A stretch of DNA of 62,239 bases, filler included, from Choristocarpus tenellus KU-1152 (lineage: Eukaryota > Protista > Phaeophyceae): the NCBI GenBank assembly GCA_964200185.2. It is 13 parts of 13 records of this genome, joined end to end, with 100 filler letters (N's around TTAATTAATTAA, not from the genome) between each part and the next. Parts side by side here need not be neighbours in the genome. Positions count along the whole stretch, not along the records: positions 31,989 to 39,915 come from CAXNAD020005384.1; positions 40,016 to 46,048 come from CAXNAD020009113.1; positions 46,149 to 49,715 come from CAXNAD020019219.1; positions 49,816 to 52,687 come from CAXNAD020024043.1; 9 more parts are not named here. One strand, 5' to 3'. A program made the position numbers and the translations under genes. The notes beneath the pieces were generated by a model that worked only from the letters and a program-made list of their open reading frames with translations, ran no database searches and was not told the origin of the DNA. Below, in pieces: positions 36,743 to 50,900 of this stretch (position 1 is its first letter; the number at the start of each line of letters is the position of its first letter).

Positions 36743-39629
36743 AAATACATGTATGTGTATAATATTATGGGATATTAGTATGAGGTTATCAGGTTCTTAT
36801 CCGACTGCTTGGGTTCTGTTTGACGTTTTTGGGAAGGGAGGGGTGTGGGCTGAAGATTGATACAAATATCGACCCCTCTGCGTCTACTTTACTTCTTACA
36901 CAACCACATTTACATAGTATAACAATAATAATAATAATATCTTGAAACCACGTCGACGAAAATGCAAAACGTTCTGTTGTTCCCCGATCTGTTTGAGTAA
37001 GTATGTCAAATAATAATGCTGAGATAGAACGAAAGGAAAGGTTTTATGACAATAATCGGAGAAAATGAAGGGTATGCATTATGATGGTAACAATTTTTTT
37101 GGTGACAGTAGTTATTAGTAGTACAAGATATCCACCGTTTCCCGTCTAAACACATGGTGATATTTGCAACCATCTATTATAATAATTTTATTATTATGCC
37201 CTCTCACATTTTACAGATTTTTTGTTGATTATCACATCGTATCCCTCCCCCTTCCCCTCCACCTCTTATATATATTTAGTACTTGCATGTACTCATATCA
37301 TCATCGCAGAACCAGTAAGCTTAAAGAAGTACTATACTCCACAGATACTACCACTCTCCAATATTTGAGGTTAGAAGAGAGGAAGAAGCGATAGAAGATA
37401 CACAGAAGGCATAAAACTATAATAGGAATTACATTTGCTAAATTCAATACGACGAGTATAAACTACAAAAAAAAAGAAAAAGTTCAGTTAGAATCAATTG
37501 GACAATTTAATAGGATTGGGCCTACCACTAAATTCCCCCCTAAAATATATAGTTGATGCATGCAAAGTTGCTCAACAGCCAAACCAGTCACTACCAATGT
37601 TACTACTACTGTTCCACTTTTATGCGGCCCTTCCTCAAAAACCTTCTGGTGTCGGGAGGGGTTTGAACTCATGAAATTAATGTAAGTAATGGGAAAATGG
37701 TTCTCTATTGGCACGAAAGAACAGATTTGAACGAAAATAAGTGTGGTATTGAAAGCCAATTGGAACAAACAACGATGTAAAAATGGTTCTATTATTGTTT
37801 TTACTTTTTAGGTATGTACTATAGGAGTTTTCCCTGCAAGTATATAGATAATTTCTGTTATAGAGTGGGCATTCGTGTGTGGTTCATTACGTAACCTGAT
37901 TATGGTTGCTCTGATTAAGTCAAAGGGTTCGAACCCTTTCACCTCAGACTTGTTCTCGTTGAAATGTTTTTTCGGTTATCTAATTCTATGTGAAAAATAC
38001 AACGACGGATGGAATGTACACACTTCACATACATAATCAAACTGCATATTGCCTCTATCTCCGACTGTATCACAAAAAAACGCTGGACCAAAATCGAGAT
38101 GGAACCTTCAAGGCAGGTCAAGCATAATAGTAAGTTTTGAAGGAGAAGACAATGACAAGTAGTGGTGGGAGTGCTAACTCAACACGCCCGAAAAGAAAGG
38201 CTGGAACGGAGGGGCAGTACAAATTAGTCGTAGTACAATAACAGTCTAATAATGATAATAGTTGTATGAGAAGTAGTATAATAACAGTGGGTAGTGACTT
38301 TGGAAACGGGTTGGGATAGTCCAGGATAGCCCCTACACTGAACTTGTATCGGTGTAATTAATAATATTACTGGCAGCGTGATCTCGCACACAAGTCTTGA
38401 GGGAACCTAGATTCGTGATCAAAAGGTAATCCAAAGAAAGACGAATATTTAATGGTTCGTGTTTCACAATAATACCTACTACAAATATGTTTGCAGAACA
38501 TGAGCGAAGCTTTCGACATCATAATATATTTCGCATCGCCTTCCTTCTTGCAAACCAGGATGGAATACAGTAGTACTATTATTGTTCTGTTCTTTTGGGT
38601 GGTACACTTTATAGGCGCACACACGATAATTTTTTACCCCACAAATCAATAACCATTTAGTACATCGTTTTCTGTGTATATCTGGATGGGTACTTGACTA
38701 CAACTGACTGGGTAGGTAGGTTTGTTGTTGTGTACTACTACCTGAATCGCATGTGTGCGATTTCTCTCTCCACCTTTCAATAGTGAAATAAAAATAACTG
38801 TAACGTTCTCTACCATAAAAATAGACACGTTGGACCCATAGTATCCTAGACGGGGATCCGGCGTCCATTCGGGGCTGGTGTAAGCCTGTGGTGATCTCAT
38901 GTCATCTGAATAAACGTGTCGGATGTAAGGTCGGTTTCCTCTACCTGAACGCACCTTATTTTTCCATCCCCCTGTCTTAACCAAATCTGAAGGGAAAACA
39001 CTAGCAACATGGGTGTCACAAACTGGGGTGTCATTCAACGCCCCATCAAGCCTCAAATGAACAACCTGGGCTTAACACTCCCCCATCTAAGATACTATGA
39101 CACTTTGCTTCTGTCTTTCTATATATTTCCAAACAAAGAAGGAACACACACAGTGAGGGGGAGAGGGGCGGGAGGTTGTAGCTGGAACGGGACTGTCAAG
39201 TCCTGATTTCGGCAGATGGTATTCGTCACTGCTCAAGTGACTCTCTTGAGACGCGGCATTTGTTCCAAGATGGAGATACCAGCCAGATGGGCAAGAAGAG
39301 GTCTGTCAGATTCTTGGGATGTTTCCCCAACTCCTAGCCTACTAGTGTAAGGCTAAGCTAGGTTGGAGCCATAGCAGCAGTGTACGTATCACATTATAAT
39401 TTCCAACCTTTAAGGTAGCGTTGTTGTATAGCTAGTATTCAAATGGCAAATACTTTTTGGAGAGTTAGGTATCTTTCACATGAAAGACAAGTGTTATTTT
39501 CATTGTTATATTGGTTGGAGACTTTTTTCCGTAGTAACAAATCTACAAAAATGTCAAGGGCAAAAACAATATAAAACAAAGGAGAGGAGGCAGGTACGAT
39601 AGCACATAGAGGTAGAAGAGAATAGGGGG

Positions 39630-39709
39630 GAGATACAATATTGTCTATCGAGATACGATATTGTCTATCGAGATACGATATTGTCTATCGAGATACGATA
39701 TTGTCTATC
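39630..39709. repeat. 20-bp tandem repeat, 4 copies
   Basis: Unit GAGATACGATATTGTCTATC. Confidence 0.95.
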
Positions 39710-40152
39710 CAGTCGAGTCTAGCAATAGGTACTGTTAATAAGAATACCTTCATTGTCATTTCATAGAAATTATAGCACATGTCTTCAATGATAATCCTTG
39801 TGTTGGGTGCACACTGCGACCTGTCTGTGCAGTCAGGTAATTTTCATGGGTGCACACTCGAATAATCATAGGGCTGAGACTCAAAGTATTTTGGGGGGGG
39901 GGGAGGTGTCTACACNNNNNNNNNNNNNNNNNNNNNNNNNNNNNNNNNNNNNNNNNNNNTTAATTAATTAANNNNNNNNNNNNNNNNNNNNNNNNNNNNN
40001 NNNNNNNNNNNNNNNCACTCGGTACCACGGTATAACGGTATATGGCATACGGCAATAACGGTATAATAACAGATAAACATGCTTTCCACACGTTGGTTTC
40101 TCTATTGTTTGAAAAAATTCGACAGAATTAAGAAAATTCCCTACACGCATTT

Positions 40153-40256
40153 AACAGCCGATTTCAAAAAACATATCGACACTTTATCCCAGTCAATTTT
40201 GGGTCAAGCCCATCCTCAATGAAAAGCTCCATTCTCAATTTTTGAAATCGGCTGTT
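40153..40256. mobile_element. MITE family D (104 bp) nested in a family-C copy
   Basis: Perfect TIR AACAGCCGATTTCAAAAA / TTTTTGAAATCGGCTGTT with ATTT duplicated. Further partial copies at 49657-49715 and 52788-52854. Confidence 0.92.
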
Positions 40257-42439
40257 ATTTGTACAACAACAAAAAATTACAAATTTATTAGCATACTTAT
40301 GATGCAACATTGGGTACCTTTCGCTTACTTTGACTCTCTGCTGGGAGCTAGTGAGCATATACGTAGTTGGACCCTGACTGACTCCCCCCTTCTCAGAACA
40401 TTTCAACACATTACATTTTTTCTTCTAGGTTTTCTTCCTTTTTATTTTTTGCGTTTAATCGTGCCTCTTCTGCTCTATGATGTCATGGGTCTGATATCCC
40501 TCAGACTAATAGTGTGAAGCCATTAATAATACTTCGAACTATTGACCATTTTTTCATAGTGTTGAAAATACTTAATTGTTCTATTCATTACCTCTAAACC
40601 ATCCCTCCAAACACAAGATATTCTTAGTGAGGTGTTTTCACTTGGACAAACTTCATTATGTCCTAAATGAAACTCCCTGCCTAGTTGAGGAGGCGTCTTA
40701 ACGTTAAAAAGTTACAGGTGAGTTTCAAATGCACTTTAAAAAACAAGTGAAATATGTTAGTTATTTGAAAAGAACGGAAAAAAAGCGAAATTGCACATTG
40801 TGTTTTTGTTGAATTGGTTCTATTATTGTGGACAAGTGAAGATACCATAGAGAACAACGCCTTGTGATATAGAGCACGAAAAATTACCACTGTTATCCAC
40901 CCAGCCACATCTACCTGGTTTGGGGGTCCCTACAACCGTGGATCTAACATTTGTTCCCCATAACATAATGTCGTTCCTTCCAATCGCAAAATGACGGTCC
41001 CATTGTTCGATATACTGAGTAAAAGGCTCACCTCTGCTTCGCAACAAAAAAACAATATACAGCAAACATCGAAAGAAGATCCTCCTACACTGGAAAGATA
41101 CTTTTGGGGACCGGAGCGCAGCAGCTTTCTATATCTCGCAAGGATCGCCTGTTTGGGGTCGGGGTGGGCACCAACTTTTTTTGAATATACAAACTATCGC
41201 AAGAGGTAGTGAGTCGTAGAGGAGCTCGAAACAAGGTTACTACATATTATTGCTCTCACGAGTTGTGGCAAGGTTGAAGAATATAGAACATGCTACAGAA
41301 AAGTACGATTTATACCAACCAAATGGCCTGTGTTTCATTCTAACCAGCACAGGACGTACTCCCTGTGTGCAGCAAATTATTGTGACCTTTGACCACATAA
41401 CGTAATATGATATACTTCGTAATTTGAATATATCGATATACTATCCTTGAATATTATTGGATGCCCAGAGCTTCTCCTTTTTCGATGATCATGATTGGTC
41501 ACCAAGAGGGTTCATCAATTTCACCACGAGTTCAATCGGCAGCAATACATGATATTCCCAGGCTTGCATGCACTGAGGACATCAAGCATGGCAACTGGCA
41601 ATTCCATTTTTTATGTTTTTTTCTGGAATGGAAGGGGAAGGGGGGTGGAGGGAAGGGGAGGATGGGATAGGAGGGCGAGGATGATGCGGGCATCATGCCC
41701 AACAACAGAAAGAACGAGACTAAATTGTTTCAGGGAAGGGCTACGTGTACAAAACACAAATGTCCTATTCATTTACGCCAAGAACAAGAAGCACAAACAC
41801 CAACTCTCTATAAAAACCTCACCAACCTTCAAGCAGCTATTGGCCACATTGAGGGATAGTAGTTACATACATTGCAGGATTCTAGGGTAATTCTTGGAAG
41901 GCATCTCAACAGCAACCAAGATTACTGCCCCACTCGATGGATGAGAAGACTCTATTTCTAGTGCCTGTAGGCAGGCGGCGCCTTGTGCACATCAAGCCTA
42001 GGTTGATACGCTGTTGCCACCCATATACACCACCAGCTATAGATGCTGTGACTCCCATATACCACTGTCTTTCAAATAATCCCACGTGGTTTCTTGCTAG
42101 GTTGCACATCTTCTTACTCAATAAAGGTAATAGACCTTCAGGAATCTTCTACCAATCAATGTTACCTACCATATTGACATTATTATTTCGATACTTGAAA
42201 CTAACACAGGGTTCAATGTGCAATCCAGATATCCCTCTTTCCAATCCCATGAGAATTACCCTCCTCCAGCAAGGAGCTAACATTGCACATTTTCTACGAG
42301 TACAAAAGACCCAGAGTAGTTGAGTTGGGGTTGGATCTCTAGTACCCTACCTCTGTTTTGACGGTATCTAATAGTCCTACTCTAACCTCTTTTCATCGCC
42401 ATGTGCATTTGACTTTACCTGCGCCTTAACCCTGTCTAC

Positions 42440-45396
42440 CTCTGCCACCCACTCGGCAGTAAATGCCCAACTCATTTGTTCTTGGAAGCTGTGTGAGACT
42501 AGCACTCATATTCTCCCTATCCATCCCTATTGCAGCCCCCTGAGCGTGTTCTTCGTCGAGTGGTTGGAAGCTGCACCTCCAAATTATTTTTGCATTGCCT
42601 CCACCCCAATGGAGGCTTGGACAGTCTGTCGATCTCCACTCATCCACATCCTCTAGTGTTTTGAATGCTAGGGAGTGATCAATAATGTATTGAGGAGCTG
42701 TCGTCATAGTTGCCCCTCCTAACTTGCTTAAATATCTGCTACCACCCTGACTGTCATTGCATGTGACATCATCCACCAGATCACCTGTCGGCAGTATGTA
42801 CTATAGAGGGTACAGTTTAATTTTTATGCCAGTGTTCTCATGACAGATGTTTCATGTCCAGGCAGTGCCCCCATGACAGATGGGCTATGCTGAGAACACA
42901 TCATGAGTGCTATAGCACTCCTACCCCATTGCTTGCCAAGAAAGAGATTTGGCAAATTCCCGAGCATGATGCAACAGCAGGGGTCCCTCTATGTGAGGGT
43001 TTGCATGCTGCATCTCTATCAACAATGCCAATTTGCCTCCTCCCACAGCCCCACGATCAAATTGATCCCATTCCCAACAAGTCGCTGTCCTATCAGACTG
43101 GGCACTCAATGCCACTTCTCGTTTTACTATTTGTCGTCCCAGCCCTCGCCTTGTCCTGGCAGTGGAGGGGTGATCACATGTGGGAAGTGGTGGGACTGGT
43201 TGTGTTTGCTGCAGAAGGAGGCCCCCCATTGCCTCGTCTGGATTTGTGCACACACATCTAGATAGTAGAACTCCCAGTTTCCGGATCTGCTGACTTGAAA
43301 GGCGCGATGAGAGGTGTGCATAGAGTCCTTGCTCCTCATCTAGTACGTCTAGTGAGTCCAATGCCTGAGCTAGGGTCAACACTACTGGTGGAGTAGAGGG
43401 TGGAATATTTTCACTGGCCCCTTGGCACCCGTTTCCTGTTTCTAGTAAGTTATTACTCCCAGCAATGCTGATGCTTTCCGGCCTCTGGGCCGAAACTGTC
43501 TCCTTGAACTTATTGTCGCCCTTGAGCCGACTTGTGGCATCCCCTTCTCTCCTCTCACACGTTTCACCATCTCTAAGATGAGATTCCCCACTGCAGTCGT
43601 CTTGAGGCCCTCCACTGTCCTGGTGCCAAACCTTCCTCCATATTAAACCTCCATTTCCATCACTTTCTCCATTGCTGCTCGTGCCAGTCATGATGTGCGA
43701 TGAGGTGCTACAGCGCCTTGCCAATAGCTGAGCAAAGCGAATGGTAATAACCACAAAGCCAAGGAGAGTGGGGCCAGCCCCCTCAGAAACTGAAGCGTCG
43801 GAGCTGGCTTTCTTCAGTCTGGTAGAGTGCTGGGGTCTCTGGCGCCGGACTCTCCTACTGCACTGACATTTCTCACCTGTAAGGCATCTCCTTGGTGTGA
43901 TACGACCTTTGGACTTGGGCATGGTTGGACTCGGAAGCATTGGCTCTGTTGGTGACGCTGGTACAGCTACCTGCAACCTCCTATTGCTGGAAGAACATGG
44001 GCACCTACCAGATCCTACTTTTGTTTACAAGTGAAAATTGCAAATATGCAAGCAGCACGCAGAGGACAGTAGTAGATGGCATGATGATGAGTTTGTGCAG
44101 GTCAGGTTGATGCGGAAGGAATAATGCGGTGAAGTTGAGTTCTAGGAAGTTGGGCAGTGATTGCGGCAACAAACCATGGAAATAAGGGTAAAGTACTACT
44201 CCAGCGTACACACTCAGATGCTGATTTTGCATTGTGAAACTCGCCTGGAATCACCATGTTGGAGACTCAGGGTGCACTACCACTGGTTGATGGCCCATAA
44301 CACAACTCTTTGTACATTTCCCCCTTGGATCCTTCAATGTTCTAATGCTCACTTCCAAGTCTGCTGACCCCCCTCTCCTCAAACCTTCGCTGACATTACA
44401 TAACGCATGTCCTACTTCCCTGTTTCCCAGAAATGTCTCACCTTCATGCTTACTTCCTCTTCCCAAAGCATGGTCGTGTTGCTGGGAAAATACCTCCACA
44501 AGGAATCCTCGACATGCAGGCATTGTAATTATCTCATCTTCATCTGTCCCTCCTTTCCCCTCCATGCGTCTCTGTCTCTTGCAATACCTTTGGTCCTGCT
44601 GCGGAGTCTGTCTGGCCCGATGCTGCACCTCGACACCATGTTCTTTCTCCACATCAACCAAGCTCTCTGAAACTTCCTGTTGGCCAACGAACACCGTCTG
44701 CAGCTCACTAACAACCACTGAGACCGCAGGATCTTCAGGTGGTTGTCCTCCCTTAGCTATCAAACTGCCCCTTCCTCCCCCAAAATGGAATTGTACTGAT
44801 CCTGCACTTGAATGATTCCTAGACTCACAACCCCAGGATTCCCGCATTGCTGCCCCTGATCGACCTCCCCAAAGCCTTCGCCTCAGTTGTACAGGTGGTG
44901 TACATCGTCCCCCTTCATCTACCTCCCGGCTCCCACCTCTACTTGTCATGTGGTGACGGAACTCTCCTTCCGGACTCTGCTTAGCTGCCCTCCTTTTATC
45001 GTGTACAAGTGCTGCAACAACCGTTTCTCCCTCAATCCCTGGCCCTTCTCCCAAGGCATGAGTGGTAGTTACCGTCGTTGTCTGCACCAATTCGACCTTC
45101 ACACCTTCCCCTTCTTCCCCCACACTCTCTTCTCTTCCTCTATCCTCGTCTATATCCCCCCCTGGCAATACCCGTCCCCTGAAGAATTCATTCAATTCAT
45201 TCACATTCTTTAGGTGTGCTATTCTCCTACGGGCGCTGCTGTTGAGAGGATGCACTCCCCAAGGGTAGATGGTCGTTCTTCCCTTCCATCTGCTCTTCAT
45301 CCCCTCCATACCTGTAGCGTTGTCCTTGACCGGATACAATCCGGTTATCCCTTGTGAATAGAGAGGATCCTTTGACCATGAGGGATATACATGAGC
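42440..45396 (-). CDS. Multi-exon hypothetical protein (largely low-complexity/disordered), partial
   Basis: Three long co-oriented open frames (45396 to ~44260, ~44010 to 42925, 42784 to ~42440) with plausible AG acceptors; the junction between the last two is phase-consistent. No domain recognised and some borders are uncertain. Confidence 0.6.
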
Positions 45397-46828
45397 CTGT
45401 TTGTGCGAAGATAAGTTGATAAAATATTAGTGAGGTTGGTGCATGTAGTGAGTGGTAAGTGGATGGGTGTGGGAAAGGGGAGTAGTCGGTGATAGAGAAG
45501 TGAAATGATCAAAACCTCCTATTGGTCTAAGGTATTGCCACAAGCATTACATACTTTGAGAGTGAAGTTTCTCATCATTAGCAGGAGTTGCGAGTCAGTG
45601 CTCCTCTAGTACACCCTTCCTTTGTTGATACTTTTGGGCTTTTTGTTGGAGTGGATTGCTGACAGAAATAGGGGTAAGCTTAGAGCCTCCACACATGTAA
45701 ACAAACAGCAGTGAAGGTGAAAATAAAGTACTTTGAAGAAACGCTCACCTTTTCCAAGAAGGATTATAGTGAGCGTGTACAGTGGAAAGATGAACTAGAG
45801 AGTGTAAAGTAGTACATTTTGAATAGTAATACAAATAGTACCCAGTCACTAAAAAAACGTCCATCAGCTCTTCTAACCCTGGCAAAGCCTCCCTCTTTCA
45901 TTCCATACTTTTACACCACATCACTTGTTGATGATAAATAGTATGGTGAATATATACTTTTAGTATAATCACGACGCTGTTATTGTCTCAAAGTATCTGG
46001 GGGGGGGGGGGGGGGGGCAGACCCGTACGGGGGTCATTTTTTCATTTTNNNNNNNNNNNNNNNNNNNNNNNNNNNNNNNNNNNNNNNNNNNNTTAATTAA
46101 TTAANNNNNNNNNNNNNNNNNNNNNNNNNNNNNNNNNNNNNNNNNNNNACATCCTGGTGTAGACCCTTCCCCCCCCCTCAGATACTTTGGGTCAAGACAG
46201 CAATTAATGCTGAGGCGTATAGTCCTGGAGGTCAGCAAGACACCCATTGCTATATTATGACAGCAGGTCAGTATCTCTAAACAGATAAAACCACAGCACA
46301 CCTCAAGTGAATTCCCTGAGTAACTACAACCGTAGCTGTATTACACCACCCAACAAGGAATATTGGAAGGAAAATTGGGCATCTTGGCGAAGATAATATT
46401 TTCACAAGTGCAAACATAACTCTTAGAATCCACACTTCGTACATTTTATGGGAAAAACATAAATATGTGTCACACTTCCTCAAGTACATGCCTTGGAACT
46501 GCGTGTTGAAAGACATAAGATATGTTATGTGTGTTTTGGACTGGAGTTGTTACCGTATGTAACATTCTTCTATGCATTACACCTTTTTCTTGACTGCTAA
46601 GGGCACAACATGGCCTTGTGTGGTTACATTGTCTACGTTGTAGATAATTTCATTGTGTGTAAGAGCGTTACCTGTTCCATTATCTATCATAAAAAATGAG
46701 AACAAAAGTAGAAAATAGAAAGCCCACAAAGAAAATAGGCATGGCATTTCTGTGAGATCACCAAAAGAAAACAAAAGACACTCTCCTATTCATGAGGCAA
46801 TGATTCCAATCCTGTACAATATTCTTAC

Positions 46829-48351
46829 CTTGTCTTTAGTCCCTAACATGTCCGGGTGTGCAAGATCGACTTTCTGTGGGTAAAGGACATCAGCTACTCC
46901 CTGGGACGCCCACGTGTCATTTAAGGCCTGCAAAGCACTTAGATAATCTTGCAGGGCCTGCCGCCGGCCCTCTAGCACCTCATCTGGCAAGCGCTGCCAA
47001 GGAAGCTAATAAGGAGAGTGTGCAGGTAAGGGGAGATATGTCAGCTTTTTCGCACAATTGCATGGTCAAATCAGTTGCATGTGGCAACAGATAGTGGGGT
47101 GAATCACCGATGGTAATATGATACAAGTTGACCAATGTATCAAAATATTGGTGAATGTGTAAACAACTCACCTAAAGATTGCCAAAGATGTGTTGTGACT
47201 ATGCAGTTGATCTGAATCACGTGTCTTTTATGAGCGGAAACTTGAGGATGCGTACTGTTTACAATCATTAATCCTTACTAACAGGTCGCCACGCTCATAA
47301 ATGCACGATTTGAACTACTTAGTACTCCGATGGATTGTACTGTGTTGCGTGTATGTTCAAGTTGTCAACAAGTCGCCTCTGCGACCAAAAGTGCCTGATA
47401 TTAAAGCAATGAAACACCACATCGCTGGTCTGACAGAGGAAGAGATCCCACAGGTGGAGGAGAGCAGGGGATTGGGAGGGTGGGGGGGTGACTCACAGTG
47501 ATGTGCTTTGGAGGGAATGGGACCGAGGGAAGATCCATTCCGATCTTCTGCAGGGTATTCACCATAGCTTCCAGCTCCTTGTATCGTCTCTTAACGTTCC
47601 ATGTCCTGGAGGCGTGGTATTGATTCAAGGGGGTGAGCCAAGAAATGAGCGTGGAAAAGTTCAATCCATCTGATTGTCGCATCGTGGACGGAACAGTCGC
47701 AGAGTAGGTGCAAGAAGTTCAAGGAAATTCTGACGGTCAACAATTCGTGGCAACTCCGATCACAGTCGCGCACGACACTACGCCTTTCGGTTCAGTGGAG
47801 CACACACACCCCATTCAAGGGTACCATTCAAGTCTACTGTCTATCAAACATTGTGTTCGTATCGCGTGAGAAGGTATCTATGAACGTTAATCTAACACTG
47901 GTCATAGAGAATATATAGGCACTGGGCATGGAAGGATCTGAACTTTTCCCTTTCAATCGACCTGCTAGTCCAAGAGGGGGGGTCAAACCTTAAAAATATA
48001 CAAGGAGACTGTGCATATCTTATCTCGACGTAATGACGACCCCAGCGCATTGTTACACCCAGTCAGACTTTCATCCACCCAATTGTAGCCAGTCAACAAG
48101 AAAGCAAGTTCATTCCCTCAATCTCCAACACTCTACTCTACATAGAAAAACAACGGATTACACGTCAGCCAGCCCACTTTAGTTATCGAGACGAGATCTG
48201 AGGGTGGTGGATGCCCAGTACATAGGTATAATTTCAAGATACAATGAGACACCTACCTCCTGCCTGTCGTAGTATGAGAGACATTGAAAAATATCGGACC
48301 CGACTGAGGAATATCCTCGAGTGTGACTGTTACCCCTGTAGTTCCAGTCAT
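46829..48351 (-). CDS. PX (Phox homology) domain protein, first 3 exons
   Basis: Exons 48351-48257, 47605-47497, 46993-46829 splice in phase to MTGTTGVTVTLEDIPQSGPIFFNVSHTTTGRRTWNVKRRYKELEAMVNTLQKIGMDLPSVPFPPKHITRLPDEVLEGRRQALQDYLSAL..., showing PX motifs WxVxRRY, LPxxPxPPK and ExRRxxLxxYL. Confidence 0.87.
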
Positions 48352-49815
48352 GGGCGCCGAGGTCGGGATCCCGTCTCAATATCTCCCCTCCCGTACGAAG
48401 TTGTACCTAGATCGAGGTTTGTTTGTTCCAAGGTGTTGACAGATACCTCCTAACAAAATAACACCAGAACAAATGGAAGGATCAAACAACGAACGGCACA
48501 GGACTAATCAACTGTCAAGTGTCAAGTCCATGAGCCAATTATCAACAGTTAACAGTTGGACAATGTTCTGGGTTGAGGGGTTTATATATTCGAAATTCCA
48601 CTTTCAAGAGTATGAAAAGAAAAAATATTTTCAAAAAATTCATGTATGGAGGGTGAGAATAGGAGTTGAGAGACGTTGGTTGGTAAATGTAGGAACATCA
48701 ACAAGTGGGAGAACAAACAATCTCGAATGTTTTTTGTGGTGGAACTCAGCACATTTCAACACCTACTCTATTTTTGTGGAACTCTAGGAACCTTTTCCAT
48801 TTTCGCAGGACCTATTTTATGGCATGGATACATCATTTCCAATATGATACTTCCACCAGTTTCTGAAATACACGAGAATAGATTGAACCTTCTTGGCGCA
48901 ACGGGCTCCAGCCTGACCCTAGACTGGGATGGTTTTGTCACCTGGGTACTCACACTGCGATTGTAAATAAATGGACTACCACCTCCAAAATCGATTATTT
49001 ACAATGGCATCACTGCTGCAGTAGAGGTCCATGACTGCAACCACTACGAGGGACATTTTCACTCTCGTAGTTTCAACCTCAACACATTTGTGGTGGAAAG
49101 ATTCAGGCGTCTTGGTAGTCAGAGCTATTTCAAGATGAGCAAGCAGCACATGTTGTAGGTGGAGGGGGGTGGAAGGTTTCAGCAGAAAGGGAGCTGTGGA
49201 TTCCCGGTTGAGGTAGATTATTTCAGTCACTTCTCATGTGGTCATATCCAGAAGAGTTTCGTGGTTTAAACTATAGACTCCAGGTCGATGGGCTAGGAGA
49301 GTACTTTACAGATTCGTGGGGTTCTTCCCTTGGTCCTTGCCTGAGCCATAGAGTCAGAGCGGTGTTTTTCTTGTTTCTTCTGCTCCATTGTTTTACATGT
49401 AGGTTGGTGTATCTGATCCAGTCCTTTTGTGGTTGTGTTTTTTATTTTCTGTACATGATCTTTCCTCTTTTCTGCTTTCTATTGTGGCATTATCTTCTTC
49501 GGGAATCGCATCTTCTCTTTATACTTGTTTTTCCTACTTAACAATCCCTGCAACATCTTACCGGGTACGATAATATATATCTGGGAAATGGTAGGTTCCT
49601 TTTGGGAGAGAAAATATTATAGTGTTTAGGGTTAGGGTTAGACAACATCACCAGAAAACAGCCGATTTCAAAAATTGAGGATGGAGCTTTTCATTGAGGA
49701 TGGGCTCGACCCAAANNNNNNNNNNNNNNNNNNNNNNNNNNNNNNNNNNNNNNNNNNNNTTAATTAATTAANNNNNNNNNNNNNNNNNNNNNNNNNNNNN
49801 NNNNNNNNNNNNNNN

Positions 49816-50264
49816 CTATACGAATGATTGCCCCCACCTCGCTTTGTTTGGTCAAATCCTCAAGTCATCGTCATAACATTATATTGACAGGAATTGCTCG
49901 GATTGGGGGTGAGTATACTGATTACCCACTAGTAACAAGGATAATACGAAACCGTCAAAACATATCCTCAATACACCTCTTGATGTAATATTATTTATTA
50001 TTATGGAATATTATGATGGAATATACATGGGATGTGGTACGTTGTACAACAATGGTTACTAATATTATTATTATTGTTCGTTGAGTACGATAGATATTAG
50101 AGTTGATTTTTTATATTTCGAGGTTTCGTAACCTACTGATCTTGTTACTAGTGGGTAATCAGTATACTCACCCCCAATCCGAGCAATTCCTGTCAATATA
50201 ATGTTATGACGATGACTTGAGGATTTGACCAAACAAAGCGAGGTGGGGGCAATCATTCGTATAG
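49816..50264. repeat. Perfect 124-bp inverted repeat with 201-bp AT-rich spacer (probable long-TIR non-autonomous DNA transposon)
   Basis: 49816-49939 reads as the exact reverse complement of 50141-50264; the left arm is cut by the contig start. Confidence 0.9.
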
Positions 50265-50299
50265 GTGCATCATATGACCATTACTATACTCTAGATAGG

Positions 50300-50900
50300 A
50301 GCAATTTTCCCTATGGTAGTTCCAGCATGGCAAAGAGGTCCAAGCGGTGTGTCCTCGGAACCCAAACTGGTGTTAATCGCGCCTACTCCTCAAGAAGGCT
50401 TGAACCCAAGTTAGCAAAAGGTCCCCTGAAGACACCATAAAGACAAGCTTGTCGCAGCCCTTGAGTGATGACTGCCATGCAACTCTGGGACAAACTATCT
50501 CGAGCGTCGGGGCACTGCATCGAAGGCTCAAAGATCACATCGTCAAAACGTAAAGACTATGTTATCCGGACCGGATCTGGAAATGACATGTACCCTGAGA
50601 TGTGTCGAACTTTGCATTGCTCGTCATGTGATCTACACCCGCTACGAACACCTTGAGCGGGAGGTGGGATATTGGGGCATAGAGAGGATCGGAAATGTTG
50701 AACACCCCTCTACGCCGAGTTGAGGGACCTGAAGAAGTGGTGTAGGACAGGGAGGGGTGTGGATTTCAGTACATTAACCGGGCCATACGCATGGTGGAGA
50801 AGGCGGAACAGGTGTGGCTTCTTCCCGAGCCTGACAAGCAGGTAGCTAAGACAGGGATGAGCGTTGTGCTTGTCACTCTCTAGATGGAGTCAGCCAGGAG
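50300..50900 (-). mobile_element. Possible decayed DIRS/Ngaro-like reverse transcriptase
   Basis: Broken frames give RSLN, KFDTSQG.CHFQI and LG.SL.EE*ARLTPV, resembling DLRxLN / DLxxAYxHxxI / LGxxxxxEKSxLxP. Confidence 0.3.
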
